From NCBI GenBank assembly GCA_035510735.1, contig DATKGN010000003.1, positions 14,208 to 78,207 on the forward strand: a DNA stretch of 64,000 bases. Direction: 5' to 3'. The DNA comes from Patescibacteria group bacterium. GTDB lineage: Bacteria; Patescibacteriota; Microgenomatia; UBA10105; UBA927. This document shows positions 40,464 to 50,574 of this stretch, piece by piece; within the stretch, counting starts at the first letter, position 1, and each line of letters starts with the position of its first letter. The notes below the pieces were generated by a model. The model saw nothing but the letters and a program-made list of their open reading frames with translations, made no database searches and had not been told where the DNA came from. The position numbers were made by a program, and so were the translations under genes.

Positions 40464-41785
40464 TCGCTGCATTACCCCATACGCCCGGTGTGTATATCTA
40501 TCGGGATAAACACAATGAGGTCATTTATGTCGGTAAGGCAAAGGATCTTAAGCGGCGCGTATCCCAGTATTTCGCACGCGACGATGCCGTTGGGCCGAAA
40601 ACTCCTCTTCTTGTCAGTAAGATTGCCAGGATCCGCGTCATTAAAACGTCAAGCGAATTTGATGCACTTCTTCTTGAAGCAAAACTGATTCGTGAATATA
40701 AACCGAAATATAACGTAGTCCTGAAAGACGATAAAAGTCCGCTTTATATTGTTATTACTCTATCAGAAATTCTACCACATGTGATTTTTATCAGAAGGTC
40801 GGATATTGAGCATACAGTTCATGATCAGGATGTGCTTTTCGGTCCGTTCCAGTCAGGAAGAATTGTGCGGTCAATGCTCAGGCACTTACGGCACACCATC
40901 CCATTCTGTACACAGAACAGGAGAACCGGTACCGCGTGTTTTTATACGCATATCGGGTTATGCGCCCCCTGTCCATCAGTTGTCGAAAAACTTGAAGAGG
41001 GTCAAGAAAGAAGTACATTGACTCATCTTTACCGTCAAAATATATTCCGTTTACGGGATATATTGTCCGGAGAGGCAAAACAAGTGCTCTTTGACATGGA
41101 AAAGGAAATGAAAGCACAGGCGGGAGCCGAACAATTTGAAGAAGCGGCAATTACACGGACGCATATCGAAAACCTTTATCAGATGATAAAAAAAAGCTAT
41201 GACCCTTCTGTCTACATTACCCACGCAGGTGCGATGGAGCAGTTGTACAAAAATGAACTTACATCACTTAGGGACGTATTATTGCCGTATTATCCAACGC
41301 TCAGAAATCCTGACCGGATAGAATGTGTTGATATTTCAAATACGGGTGGTGCGTTTGCAACAGGATCGCTCGTCGTGCTTTCTGACGGCGTCGTAGATCG
41401 AAGTCAGTATCGTCGGTTCAAAATTCGGGGTAAGGATGCGCCCAATGATTTCGCAATGGTCGCTGAAGTTATTACCAGACGTTTTAATCACCCTGAATGG
41501 CAGTTTCCTGATCTTTTAGTGATTGATGGGGGAAAAGGCCAATTACACGCGGCACAAACAGTACTTCAGGCGAAATCTATGACGATTCCCGTCATTGGCC
41601 TTGCGAAACGATATGAAGAAATTGTTGTATATGTCAGGGATACGTGGAAAATTATCCGTCTGCCTCTCACGAGTCCGGCTCTCCACGTTCTTGAACGCCT
41701 GCGTGATGAATCGCACCGGTTTGCCCTCACCTATCACCGGAAGCTGCGGAGTATGTCTTTCCTACCCGAGGCCGGAGCCAAATAG
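40445..41785 (+). CDS. uvrC: Excinuclease ABC subunit C, short form lacking the C-terminal HhH region
   Basis: GIY-YIG motif (GVYIY...VIYVGKAKDLKRR); a Cys-rich region FCTQNRRTGTACFYTHIGLCAPC; a UvrBC-like helix. The start could be 40418 or 40445; either overlaps the upstream gene. Confidence 0.75.
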   Translation: METSRIVAALPHTPGVYIYRDKHNEVIYVGKAKDLKRRVSQYFARDDAVGPKTPLLVSKIARIRVIKTSSEFDALLLEAKLIREYKPKYNVVLKDDKSPLYIVITLSEILPHVIFIRRSDIEHTVHDQDVLFGPFQSGRIVRSMLRHLRHTIPFCTQNRRTGTACFYTHIGLCAPCPSVVEKLEEGQERSTLTHLYRQNIFRLRDILSGEAKQVLFDMEKEMKAQAGAEQFEEAAITRTHIENLYQMIKKSYDPSVYITHAGAMEQLYKNELTSLRDVLLPYYPTLRNPDRIECVDISNTGGAFATGSLVVLSDGVVDRSQYRRFKIRGKDAPNDFAMVAEVITRRFNHPEWQFPDLLVIDGGKGQLHAAQTVLQAKSMTIPVIGLAKRYEEIVVYVRDTWKIIRLPLTSPALHVLERLRDESHRFALTYHRKLRSMSFLPEAGAK

Positions 41786-41828
41786 CTTCGTTTGACCATG
41801 TTTCTATGATCTGATACCATTACACCAC

Positions 41829-42233
41829 ATGAAGCATGTCGTTCGTGTGTTCCTGTTTAACGTGTTTGCTCTCTGGATAACAAGCCAATTTTTCCCGACG
41901 CTCGTTATCCCGCACGGCTGGCAGGTCACATTGTTTGCAGGGCTTATGTTAAGTATTCTTATGCTTATCGTTGCACCGCTGCTTAGAATTTTATTCATCC
42001 CGATAAATATTTTGACCTTCGGGCTTTTGTCCTGGTTTATCAATGTTATTGTTATATTTTTATTAACGATTTTCGTTCCTGAGATACGGATTATGCCATG
42101 GACGTTTCCGGGTAGCACGTGGTCCGGCTTCAGCATTCCTGCCGTACATTTATCCTATTTCCTTGCGCTCATTCTCACCTCTCTAAGCATTACTACCATT
42201 GCTGATTTTCTGCATTACGTAAGTGAGGATTAA
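41829..42233 (+). CDS. DUF360 / phage-holin-family-like small membrane protein (YvlD-like)
   Basis: 134 aa with four transmembrane helices. The ALWITSQFFP...LLRILFIPINILTFGLL pattern is typical of DUF360. Confidence 0.5.
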   Translation: MKHVVRVFLFNVFALWITSQFFPTLVIPHGWQVTLFAGLMLSILMLIVAPLLRILFIPINILTFGLLSWFINVIVIFLLTIFVPEIRIMPWTFPGSTWSGFSIPAVHLSYFLALILTSLSITTIADFLHYVSED

Positions 42234-42235
42234 GT

Positions 42236-43225
42236 ATGAATAAACTTCCGAATATTGTTTGTATTGGCGGTGGGACGGGAACATTTGTCGCGCTTAAGGG
42301 ACTGAAGCATTTCCCGAGCCGACTAAGCGCAATTGTAACGATGAGTGATAGCGGCGGGAGCAATCAGCGGATTCGTGATGAATTCGGACTTCTGCCGACC
42401 TCTGATATCCGCCAATGCCTCGTCGCCTTATCTGATGAAAACGGAGGTGTCGGCCTTTTGCGAAAACTTTTTATGTATCGGTTTGAAAAAGGACGGGGGA
42501 TCAGAGGCATGACATTCGGCAACCTATTTATGGCTGCTCTGTCTGATATTCTGGGTTCACAGGAAGAAGCTATTCGGCAGACGGGTAAAGTGCTTCGTAT
42601 TCAGGGAACCGTTATCCCCGTATCATTAACCGATACGAATTTATTTGCAGTTTATGAAGACGGACATATTCTCACGGAAGAGCATTTAATTGATGAACCG
42701 CCGCATGACGGCAAAATGGCGATTACCGATGTGTATCTGAAACCGAAAGCAAAAGCAAATCCGGAAGCGCTCCAGGCTATCGCAAAAGCAGATCTCATTG
42801 TTTTGGGACCGGGAGACTTATATACGAGCCTCTTACCCAATTTACTTATACGTGACGTCTCTCAGGCCATTAGCGCTTCAAAAGCGAAAAAAATATATAT
42901 TGTCAATCTTATGACGAAATACGGTCAGACATATAACTATACCGCCGGCGACCACGTGAACGTTATAGAAAAATATATTGGTAAAACACTTAATTATGTC
43001 ATTCTCAATAACGGTAAAATCCCAGAGTCAGCCTTAACTATTTATGAGAAGGGACATGAAGTGCCGGTTGTCGACAATTTAAAAGACAGCGGCCGACTGA
43101 AAATTATACGGGCCGATTTAGTCAGCAAGCAGTTTACCAATCTCTCAAAAAGCGATACACTAGTACGAAGTCTTATCCGGCATGATAGTGATAAGCTTGC
43201 TAGCGAGCTTATTCGGTTAACCTAA
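42236..43225 (+). CDS. yvcK: Gluconeogenesis factor YvcK (UPF0052 / CofD-like)
   Basis: IVCIGGGTGTFVALKGLK...AIVTMSDSGGSNQRIR. Confidence 0.8.
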   Translation: MNKLPNIVCIGGGTGTFVALKGLKHFPSRLSAIVTMSDSGGSNQRIRDEFGLLPTSDIRQCLVALSDENGGVGLLRKLFMYRFEKGRGIRGMTFGNLFMAALSDILGSQEEAIRQTGKVLRIQGTVIPVSLTDTNLFAVYEDGHILTEEHLIDEPPHDGKMAITDVYLKPKAKANPEALQAIAKADLIVLGPGDLYTSLLPNLLIRDVSQAISASKAKKIYIVNLMTKYGQTYNYTAGDHVNVIEKYIGKTLNYVILNNGKIPESALTIYEKGHEVPVVDNLKDSGRLKIIRADLVSKQFTNLSKSDTLVRSLIRHDSDKLASELIRLT

Positions 43226-43238
43226 CATTGGTTCGCGT

Positions 43239-43454
43239 ATGAAAATAGTCATCTTATCAGTGCATATCATAATCGCGGTTGGTCTTATTACGCTTATTCT
43301 TCTTCAAAACGGTAAGGGGGGACTGGGCGGCGCGTTCGGAGGCGGAGAATTTTACCGGAGCAAACGGGGCGCGGAGCGCGTTGTTTTTGTCGCTACGATC
43401 GTATTTAGTACCGCTTTTTTCATCACGTCGGTCCTAAACTTATTAATTCATTAA
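43239..43454 (+). CDS. secG: Preprotein translocase subunit SecG
   Basis: 71 aa; LLQNGKGGLGGAFGGG between two transmembrane helices. Confidence 0.7.
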   Translation: MKIVILSVHIIIAVGLITLILLQNGKGGLGGAFGGGEFYRSKRGAERVVFVATIVFSTAFFITSVLNLLIH

Positions 43455-43464
43455 TCGATTCTTT

Positions 43465-44814
43465 ATGACGGCATTTCGTAGATGGCGGATCTTCTATCTT
43501 GTGGTGATTGAGCTTGCCCAGAAATATACGAAAGCACTCTTGGGTGGATTCGTCGCAGGGTTCCTGTTAAGCATGTTATTTTCCCGCGTATATCCTTTTA
43601 TTGCTCAGCAATGGTTAACTCAAACCGACCGTATTGGTATCGTCGGAGAGTTTACACCGAATCTGCTTCCCTTGGCCATACAAAATCAAATCAGCTATGG
43701 CTTAACCCGCTTAAACGAAGACGGGTCTGTTTCACCCGGACTTGCGACATCGTGGGTGGCGACAGACAGTGGGAAAATATTTACGTTTTATTTACGTAAG
43801 GACGTAAATTGGCATGACGGTAAACCAGTGACTGCCCAAGACATAAATTATAATATTAAAAATGTGACGTTCACCGTTGTCAACAATTCAACGATTCACG
43901 TTATATTAGACAATCCATACAGCCCGTTTCCTGTTTTATTATCAAAACCGCTTTTTAAGCCGGGGCTCGATGGATTCGGATTATATAAAGTTGTAAGCAT
44001 TCAATTAAACGGTGATAAAGTCAGTTATATAAAACTCGGCCCCGTTACCTCAAAAATCAATCACGGTAAGGTGCTTGAGTACCGTTTCTACCCGACTGAG
44101 GCAGCTGCTATTCTCGCATATAAACTTGGAGAGATAGATACGATTAACGACTTATCCGCTCCTAATGATTTATCGCATTGGGGCAAGACAACAGTTGATG
44201 AGGTAACAAGATATAACAGAATAGTGACCCTGTTTTTCAACCTGTCAGATCAGCTATTGGCGGATAAATCATTGCGGCAAACACTCGCGATCTCACTTCC
44301 TGATTTTCCGGGCGAGCGTGCGGATTCTCCTATTTCAAAAAAATCATGGGCGTATACCGATAAGATAAAGACATTTGTGACGAATATGGGCCTCGCGAAA
44401 AAGGATCTTGCGTCTGAAAAAATATCATCAGAGTCCGCTAACCTTACGATTACGACATTTTCACAATATATTGATGTCGCTCAGTCCATTGCAGATAATT
44501 GGACATCTATCGGTATTCCGACAAGCGTGAAAGTTGTTAATGTATTGCCATCTGACTATCAAATCCTTTTAAGTGCTCAGGAATTACCTCCTGACCCTGA
44601 TCAATATCCGTTCTGGCACTCAACGCAGACCCAGACCAATATTACCGGCTATTCTAATGTAAAAATTGACAAGCTCTTAGAGGATGGACGACAGGAACTC
44701 GACACAACAAAACGGATAGCAATTTATGCAGACTTCCAGCGTCGTCTTGTTGACGAAGCCCCGGCGCTCTTTCTTTACTACGCCAAGTCCTATACGGTGA
44801 GGAGAGCTTTGTGA
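43465..44814 (+). CDS. ABC transporter substrate-binding protein (family 5 / peptide-type)
   Basis: N-terminal transmembrane anchor; an SBP family 5-like core. The gene is shorter than typical Opp/Dpp binding proteins. Confidence 0.5.
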   Translation: MTAFRRWRIFYLVVIELAQKYTKALLGGFVAGFLLSMLFSRVYPFIAQQWLTQTDRIGIVGEFTPNLLPLAIQNQISYGLTRLNEDGSVSPGLATSWVATDSGKIFTFYLRKDVNWHDGKPVTAQDINYNIKNVTFTVVNNSTIHVILDNPYSPFPVLLSKPLFKPGLDGFGLYKVVSIQLNGDKVSYIKLGPVTSKINHGKVLEYRFYPTEAAAILAYKLGEIDTINDLSAPNDLSHWGKTTVDEVTRYNRIVTLFFNLSDQLLADKSLRQTLAISLPDFPGERADSPISKKSWAYTDKIKTFVTNMGLAKKDLASEKISSESANLTITTFSQYIDVAQSIADNWTSIGIPTSVKVVNVLPSDYQILLSAQELPPDPDQYPFWHSTQTQTNITGYSNVKIDKLLEDGRQELDTTKRIAIYADFQRRLVDEAPALFLYYAKSYTVRRAL

Positions 44815-44835
44815 TTTCCTCTCCAAAGATCTGAA

Positions 44836-46014
44836 TTATTCGTAATGCAGGGCGTCGATAGGGGAAAGCTTCGAAGCACTGTAAGCAGGATAGCTGCCGA
44901 AAATTATGCCGATGATAACCGACACGCTCACCGAGGCGATAACCGGTATAATTGGCAATCCAAACGGAACTTTAACGAGCTGCGCTATAATATAACCAAT
45001 TCCAATCCCAAGGATTATACCGATAGCACCTCCAGTTACCGTAAGAATAATCGACTCTATGAGAAACTGGGTCAGTATATCCCGCCTGGTTGCGCCAATG
45101 GCTTTAAGAAGGCCGATTTCCTTTGTTCGTTCAGTTACGGTGACTAACATGATATTCATGATGCCTATCCCGCCGACGAGAAGTGATATGCCCGCGATGC
45201 CCGACAGGATCACGGTCAATATACCAAGAACGTTATTTATCGTTGAGAGTATATCGCGTGAGTTTGTTGCTACAAAGTTATCTTTTACGGACTGATCTGT
45301 GATCGAGTGACGCTCAAAAATGAGCGCTTTCGCATCCGCTTCAGTCTGGTCCAAAAACCGTGCGTCTTTTACATTGACATATGCCGCTTGTACATACGCT
45401 ACACCAAAAATTGTGCGCATTGCGGTTGAAACGGGAATAATGACCAGACCGTCCTCTTGACTATTTTTCGATGCGGTAACGCCGATGACCCGGAACGGAC
45501 GTGTGCCGACTTCTATGTTTTGCCCTATGGGGTCAGCACCCTCACCAAACAGGTCTTTCACGACGGTAGGTCCCAGTACGGCGACGCGTGAGATATTTGC
45601 GTTATCATCATCACCCACAAAGCTACCGCTCTGCATCACAATACCCAAAATATCCTGCATTGACGCACTGGCGCCAAATACGACTTCGGATTTATTTTGC
45701 CCGTTAGCAGAGACTGTTTCGTTACCCGCAAACCGTGAACCAACTTCGGCAACATTGGAAATTTCTCCCGGATCCCCGAGGGCCTTCACGTCGCCCGTTG
45801 TAATATTTATAATGCCCGTCGATGCGAATATAAGTAAGTTGGATCCAAGCGATGAAAACTGGCCGTTGATGTAGGCCGTAGCACCCTGAGAAATAATAAG
45901 AATAAGAATTACCGCCATTATACCGATAATAATGCCCAGCATGGTAAGGCCTGTGCGCAGCAGACTGCTTCGGAGTGCTGTTATTGCGGTCCTGAAAATT
46001 TCCTTTAAGTTCAT
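44836..46014 (-). CDS. ABC transporter permease (FtsX/MacB-like)
   Basis: An N-terminal transmembrane segment, a large periplasmic domain, and a C-terminal FtsX four-helix bundle. Confidence 0.8.
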   Translation of the reverse strand: MNLKEIFRTAITALRSSLLRTGLTMLGIIIGIMAVILILIISQGATAYINGQFSSLGSNLLIFASTGIINITTGDVKALGDPGEISNVAEVGSRFAGNETVSANGQNKSEVVFGASASMQDILGIVMQSGSFVGDDDNANISRVAVLGPTVVKDLFGEGADPIGQNIEVGTRPFRVIGVTASKNSQEDGLVIIPVSTAMRTIFGVAYVQAAYVNVKDARFLDQTEADAKALIFERHSITDQSVKDNFVATNSRDILSTINNVLGILTVILSGIAGISLLVGGIGIMNIMLVTVTERTKEIGLLKAIGATRRDILTQFLIESIILTVTGGAIGIILGIGIGYIIAQLVKVPFGLPIIPVIASVSVSVIIGIIFGSYPAYSASKLSPIDALHYE

Positions 46015-46020
46015 AGCGTG

Positions 46021-46725
46021 TTACTTTGTTCGCTTACCGTTCGTTTCATCTGAAATAATAAGCCCGTCCCGAATATGGATAATGCGCTTCGCATAGTCCG
46101 CGATGTCTTTTTCGTGCGTAATAACGACAATCGTATGCCCCTGGCTGTTAAGTTCCCTGAAAAATTCCATTATTTCGTGCGATGTTGCGCTATCCAGATT
46201 ACCCGTTGGCTCATCAGCGAGAATAAGAGCTGGATTCATGACCAGTGCGCGTGCGATCGCTACACGTTGAATTTGTCCTCCTGATATATTATTGGATAGG
46301 TTTTCCGCTTTATCTGCGATATGAACGAGGGAAAGGGCTTCCATAACACGCTTTTTGCGTTCCGGTTCGGGAATATTTGCGTACATCATCGGCCGTTCGA
46401 CATTTTTAAATACAGTTGTCCGAGGAAGCAGGTTAAATGACTGAAACACAAATCCGATTTCCCGGTTTCGTATATGCGCCAGTTGGTCTTCGGTGTATTT
46501 ACTTATATCCGTATCTTTCAGTATATAGGAGCCGGTTGTTGGCGTATCCAATGCTCCCATGATATGCATCGTTGTCGACTTACCGCTCCCGGACGGGCCC
46601 ATGATAGCAACGAATTCCCCCTTATAAATAGTGAATGATATACCTTTCAGTGCAAGATAGAATGTGTCACCGGTTTTATAACTTTTGGTGATCTTCGTAA
46701 ACGTAATAAGTGGTTCGTGTTTCAT
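46021..46725 (-). CDS. ABC transporter ATP-binding protein (MacB/LolD-like)
   Basis: Walker [10 protein letters not shown], signature LSGGQIQR, Walker B LILADEPT. Confidence 0.9.
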   Translation of the reverse strand: MKHEPLITFTKITKSYKTGDTFYLALKGISFTIYKGEFVAIMGPSGSGKSTTMHIMGALDTPTTGSYILKDTDISKYTEDQLAHIRNREIGFVFQSFNLLPRTTVFKNVERPMMYANIPEPERKKRVMEALSLVHIADKAENLSNNISGGQIQRVAIARALVMNPALILADEPTGNLDSATSHEIMEFFRELNSQGHTIVVITHEKDIADYAKRIIHIRDGLIISDETNGKRTK

Positions 46726-46738
46726 GCATACGTCTCCG

Positions 46739-48004
46739 TTAGTTGCCCGTTAGTGAAGCTGTCTGCAACGTTGTTGTCCCTCCGATGATGACCTTTTCAC
46801 CGGCTGTGGCTCCGGTGACAAGCTCCGTGCGGTCAGCTCCTTTTATTCCTGTCGTCACCTTCACGAAGATCGCCTTGCCATTTTTATCGAGCGTTTGGAT
46901 AGCTTTGGTTCCTTTATACGGACGTATTGCGGCATTGACGACCGTAAGTACATTTTCATGCTTATTCGTGTCTATGGATAGGTTTACCGTCATACCCGGT
47001 TTGATAAGTTCTGTTCCGTCATCCACCGAAGCAAATATGTTGTAGTTAATGACGCCCGCCACATTAGTCCCATATTCATCGGCCTGGATAATTTTTCCGG
47101 TAAACGTTTTATCCAAAATTGCATCAAATGTGATGGTAGCTGTGTCGCCGACTTTAATTTTATTAATGTCAACTTCATTGACAGACGCCTTTACAGTCAA
47201 CGCTTTGCCCGTTGAAATGATCAGGACAGGTATGGCGGAACCGCCTGTCACCTGTAGGGTTGCACTGACAAGTGTGCCTACAACACCATCTAAATTATGA
47301 ACAGAGCCAGAAACCGGAGCGGCTACTACAGAGTCTTGGGTAGCCTGGTAGGCAAGATATGTATTTGTGGCTGCGGCCTGCGCGCTTGCGATCATGCTTT
47401 GCTGATTCTTATAATTTGCTTCAGCCAAAAGCCAGTTATCCTGAACCGTCGTAAATTGGGTAAGTGTGCGATTTGTTGTATTCGGGCTGGTGTCTGAGTT
47501 TTGAAACGTTGAATTTTCAGCAATGTCTGTGTATACCTTCCACGCGCTGTACATAACTGATTGTAGTCCATAGAGCTGTGCGTTGGCTGCGTCAAGCGAG
47601 CTTTTTGCTGCGGCGTATGCCGCCCACGCTGCATCCTTTTGTTGCGGTGTTGCCGTACTTGTGATTTTAAATAATTTTTGACCTAATAGAACAGTATCGC
47701 CGTTTTTTACATAAATATCCGTAAGTATGCCGTTCGTTGGGGAGGGGATATCGTATTCTCCGGCCACGGCCACATTTCCCGTTTCCGTTACCACTTCGGT
47801 TATCGTGCCTCTGGTCACGCTGTCGAATGTATAGCTAGGCTTATTCCCTTTAATGATTTTAACGACGATGAGCAAAATGACGAAGAGTATAATGCCGTAA
47901 ACAACCTTTCTTTTCCAGGAAAGTTTGGCGACCCATTGACCTATGCCTGATATTTTACGTTTCATATTGAGCACAATTTTGTTTAATATATCCCCTAATA
48001 ACAT
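46739..48004 (-). CDS. Efflux transporter periplasmic adaptor subunit (HlyD/MacA-like)
   Basis: Transmembrane anchor, a coiled-coil region, and beta-barrel / lipoyl-like domains. I placed the start at MLLGDI (AAGGAAG RBS) rather than the upstream extension of the ORF track. Confidence 0.65.
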   Translation of the reverse strand: MLLGDILNKIVLNMKRKISGIGQWVAKLSWKRKVVYGIILFVILLIVVKIIKGNKPSYTFDSVTRGTITEVVTETGNVAVAGEYDIPSPTNGILTDIYVKNGDTVLLGQKLFKITSTATPQQKDAAWAAYAAAKSSLDAANAQLYGLQSVMYSAWKVYTDIAENSTFQNSDTSPNTTNRTLTQFTTVQDNWLLAEANYKNQQSMIASAQAAATNTYLAYQATQDSVVAAPVSGSVHNLDGVVGTLVSATLQVTGGSAIPVLIISTGKALTVKASVNEVDINKIKVGDTATITFDAILDKTFTGKIIQADEYGTNVAGVINYNIFASVDDGTELIKPGMTVNLSIDTNKHENVLTVVNAAIRPYKGTKAIQTLDKNGKAIFVKVTTGIKGADRTELVTGATAGEKVIIGGTTTLQTASLTGN

Positions 48005-48182
48005 AACTTCCTTATCAGAAAGGCTACTAAATATACGATCGCACTTTTCACTCTTGAGTGCAAGGAGGCGTTTTATTCTCGTTATTCTGTAACTTGCAAA
48101 AAACAGATAGTTAACTTGTGTTTGCTTTGCTATAATAGACAACAATACCAAGTGCGGTTTCGCGACTTGGCATTTATATTTT

Positions 48183-49094
48183 ATGGTAAAGACCGTCAGA
48201 TTACCCCGTAAAACAAACAAGCAAAAAAACGTAAAGGCGCCGCAATCGAAGCTCATGGTTTACGTGATTGCTTTGACCGTTATATCGGTCCTGTTGTTTA
48301 CAGGGGCATTTGCCATTTTCGAGCTACGTCCGACAAAAGAAACGGTCCGTTCTGAACGTAAAGTGATCCCAAGGGAGGTTCATGTCGCGCCACCTAAAAC
48401 GAATGTTCGGATTCCAATCCTCATGTACCACTATGTGGAGTATGTGAAGGATAAAAGAGATACGATCCGCCAAACTCTGGATGTGGTGCCCTTTACGTTT
48501 GAACAGCAGATTAAGACGTTAACTGAAGCTGGGTATACCTTCCTCACGGCGTCCGAGCTTGCAGATATTCTTGACGGAAAAATGGCTGTACCTCCGAAGC
48601 CCATACTCCTCACCTTTGATGACGGCCATTGGGATTTGTTTACCGATGTATTGCCAATTTTGGAAAAATATCATGTAAAAGCCACCGCGTATATTATTTC
48701 AGGATTTATCGGCGGCGCTGATTTCATGAACAAAGACCAACTTGAGGCTGTTATCCGGAGCGGCCTTATTGAAATCGGTGCCCATACCGTTCATCATATT
48801 TCACTTGCCCATAAAATACAGCCGGTCGTACAATTTGAAGTAGCGCATAGTAAAGAAGACTTAGAATCGCAATATCACGTGCACGTAGTATCATTTGCCT
48901 ATCCCAACGGTTCGTTTGACCAACAGGCGATAGATGCGGTAACGTTGGCCGGATTCAGAACTGCTGTATCGACAGTGCCAGGGATAGAGCAAAGTGATTC
49001 CAACCGCTTTTTTCTGTTCCGGCTTCGACCTGGAGGCAGAACCGGAGATACACTTCTTCATTATCTGGAACAAACTGTCTTTAAACCGTGGTAA
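48183..49094 (+). CDS. Polysaccharide deacetylase (NodB homology domain)
   Basis: LLTFDDGHWDLFTDVLPILEKYHVKAT plus His motifs. Confidence 0.75.
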   Translation: MVKTVRLPRKTNKQKNVKAPQSKLMVYVIALTVISVLLFTGAFAIFELRPTKETVRSERKVIPREVHVAPPKTNVRIPILMYHYVEYVKDKRDTIRQTLDVVPFTFEQQIKTLTEAGYTFLTASELADILDGKMAVPPKPILLTFDDGHWDLFTDVLPILEKYHVKATAYIISGFIGGADFMNKDQLEAVIRSGLIEIGAHTVHHISLAHKIQPVVQFEVAHSKEDLESQYHVHVVSFAYPNGSFDQQAIDAVTLAGFRTAVSTVPGIEQSDSNRFFLFRLRPGGRTGDTLLHYLEQTVFKPW

Positions 49095-49104
49095 AAATAC
49101 ATTT

Positions 49105-50541
49105 ATGGTAAAACGCATCGTCGCCTTCGCTATTCTTTTTATCATCGTATGTATGCTTATTGGGAGTTATTCCTGGATTCGCGGGTTAACGACAAAAACG
49201 TTCATTTCACGGCCAAAAAATGAGAAACCTCTCGCATTAACTTCAATTCAACAATATTTTGATCAAAAAGTTCCTCTTGATATCGCATTTTTGGGCTATG
49301 GCGGCGCAGATCATGACGGGCCGTATCTCACAGATTCAATGATGCTCGTCCATATCGATATTGCAACTCGTAAAATTTATCTCATTTCGATACCACGCGA
49401 TACATGGGTGAAGCTTCCGATCAATTCTACGGGAAGTGCATACGGCAAAATAAACTCAGCGTATGCCATTGGGCTTGATAACACCGGTTATCCCAACAAG
49501 CCCTCAGAATTTTCGGGTGATGACAGCGGAGGAAAATTAGCTGAATACGCAATCAATGAGGTGAGCGGATTACCGGTCCAATACTTTGTCGGTTTGGATT
49601 TTGCCGGGTTTACAAAATCTATTGATACGCTTGGAGGCGTCGATATTGATGTGGAGCCGGGTTTTGATGATTACGCATATCCCATCGAAGATATCAAAGA
49701 TACGTCGTGCGGCCATTCGCCCGACGATATTAAAGCATTTACAGCTACCGTATCGGCGGAGCAGCAATTGTGGGATTATTTCCCCTGCAGATATCGTGAT
49801 CTTCACTTTAATGCAGGATTGCAGCATATGGATGGTGCAACGGCCCTTGCGTACGTTCGCTCCCGCCATTCGCTTCAGGATGGCACAGATTTCGGGCGGT
49901 CAAAGCGACAAAGAAACCTCTTAGTCGCAATGAAACAAAAGATTATGTCCGTCGGATTCATTTCAAAAATAATTCCATTTGTAAGCAGCTTGGGAAATGA
50001 CTCGAGCACGGATATGAAGATATCCGATCTTCAAACCCTTATCGCTCATGCAAACGAGCTTTCAGACTATCAGGTCGAAAGCTTGGCATTGACCGACCAG
50101 AATTATCTGAGTGATACGTTTACCTCCGATGGTCAGTTCGCGCTTATGCCGAAAAGCGGTCAGGATAGTTGGAATCAGATACACACGTGGCTTTCTGACA
50201 CGTTCAAAGGCATTGTGGAGCCCGTGCCAGCAATGGTACTTATCGAAAACGGCACACACACGACAGGTCTTGCACTCCAGGCATACGATAGTCTGCAGAA
50301 TCAGCATATCGGCGTCGCCATTCCTCAAAACGCTGTTGATCGGAATAATCTAAAAACAAGTATCGTAGTGTTTGATAAAAATACTAATACCAATGACCTA
50401 TCCGTCATGAAAAATGAATTCCCGGGAGCATCATTTACGTATCAAGAGGCGACTCCAAGCGGCTATAATGTGCTCGTGACCGTAGGAAGCGATTATGTAA
50501 AAAAAACGACACCAACGCCCTCACCCACGACTTCAAATTAA
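49105..50541 (+). CDS. LytR-CpsA-Psr (LCP) family cell-envelope phosphotransferase
   Basis: LGYGGADHDGPYLTDSMMLVHID...ISIPRDTWV. The start was trimmed to MVKRIV, giving an N-terminal transmembrane segment. Confidence 0.75.
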   Translation: MVKRIVAFAILFIIVCMLIGSYSWIRGLTTKTFISRPKNEKPLALTSIQQYFDQKVPLDIAFLGYGGADHDGPYLTDSMMLVHIDIATRKIYLISIPRDTWVKLPINSTGSAYGKINSAYAIGLDNTGYPNKPSEFSGDDSGGKLAEYAINEVSGLPVQYFVGLDFAGFTKSIDTLGGVDIDVEPGFDDYAYPIEDIKDTSCGHSPDDIKAFTATVSAEQQLWDYFPCRYRDLHFNAGLQHMDGATALAYVRSRHSLQDGTDFGRSKRQRNLLVAMKQKIMSVGFISKIIPFVSSLGNDSSTDMKISDLQTLIAHANELSDYQVESLALTDQNYLSDTFTSDGQFALMPKSGQDSWNQIHTWLSDTFKGIVEPVPAMVLIENGTHTTGLALQAYDSLQNQHIGVAIPQNAVDRNNLKTSIVVFDKNTNTNDLSVMKNEFPGASFTYQEATPSGYNVLVTVGSDYVKKTTPTPSPTTSN

Positions 50542-50574
50542 TATTAAATCAACTGGCGCACATAGACGCTATTC

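Noticed and set aside
46739-48256. Extended 505 aa form of the HlyD-like adaptor.
   Set aside because: The upstream 84 codons have no RBS and would overlap the promoter region of the divergent deacetylase gene. The internal start with an AAGGAAG RBS is preferred.
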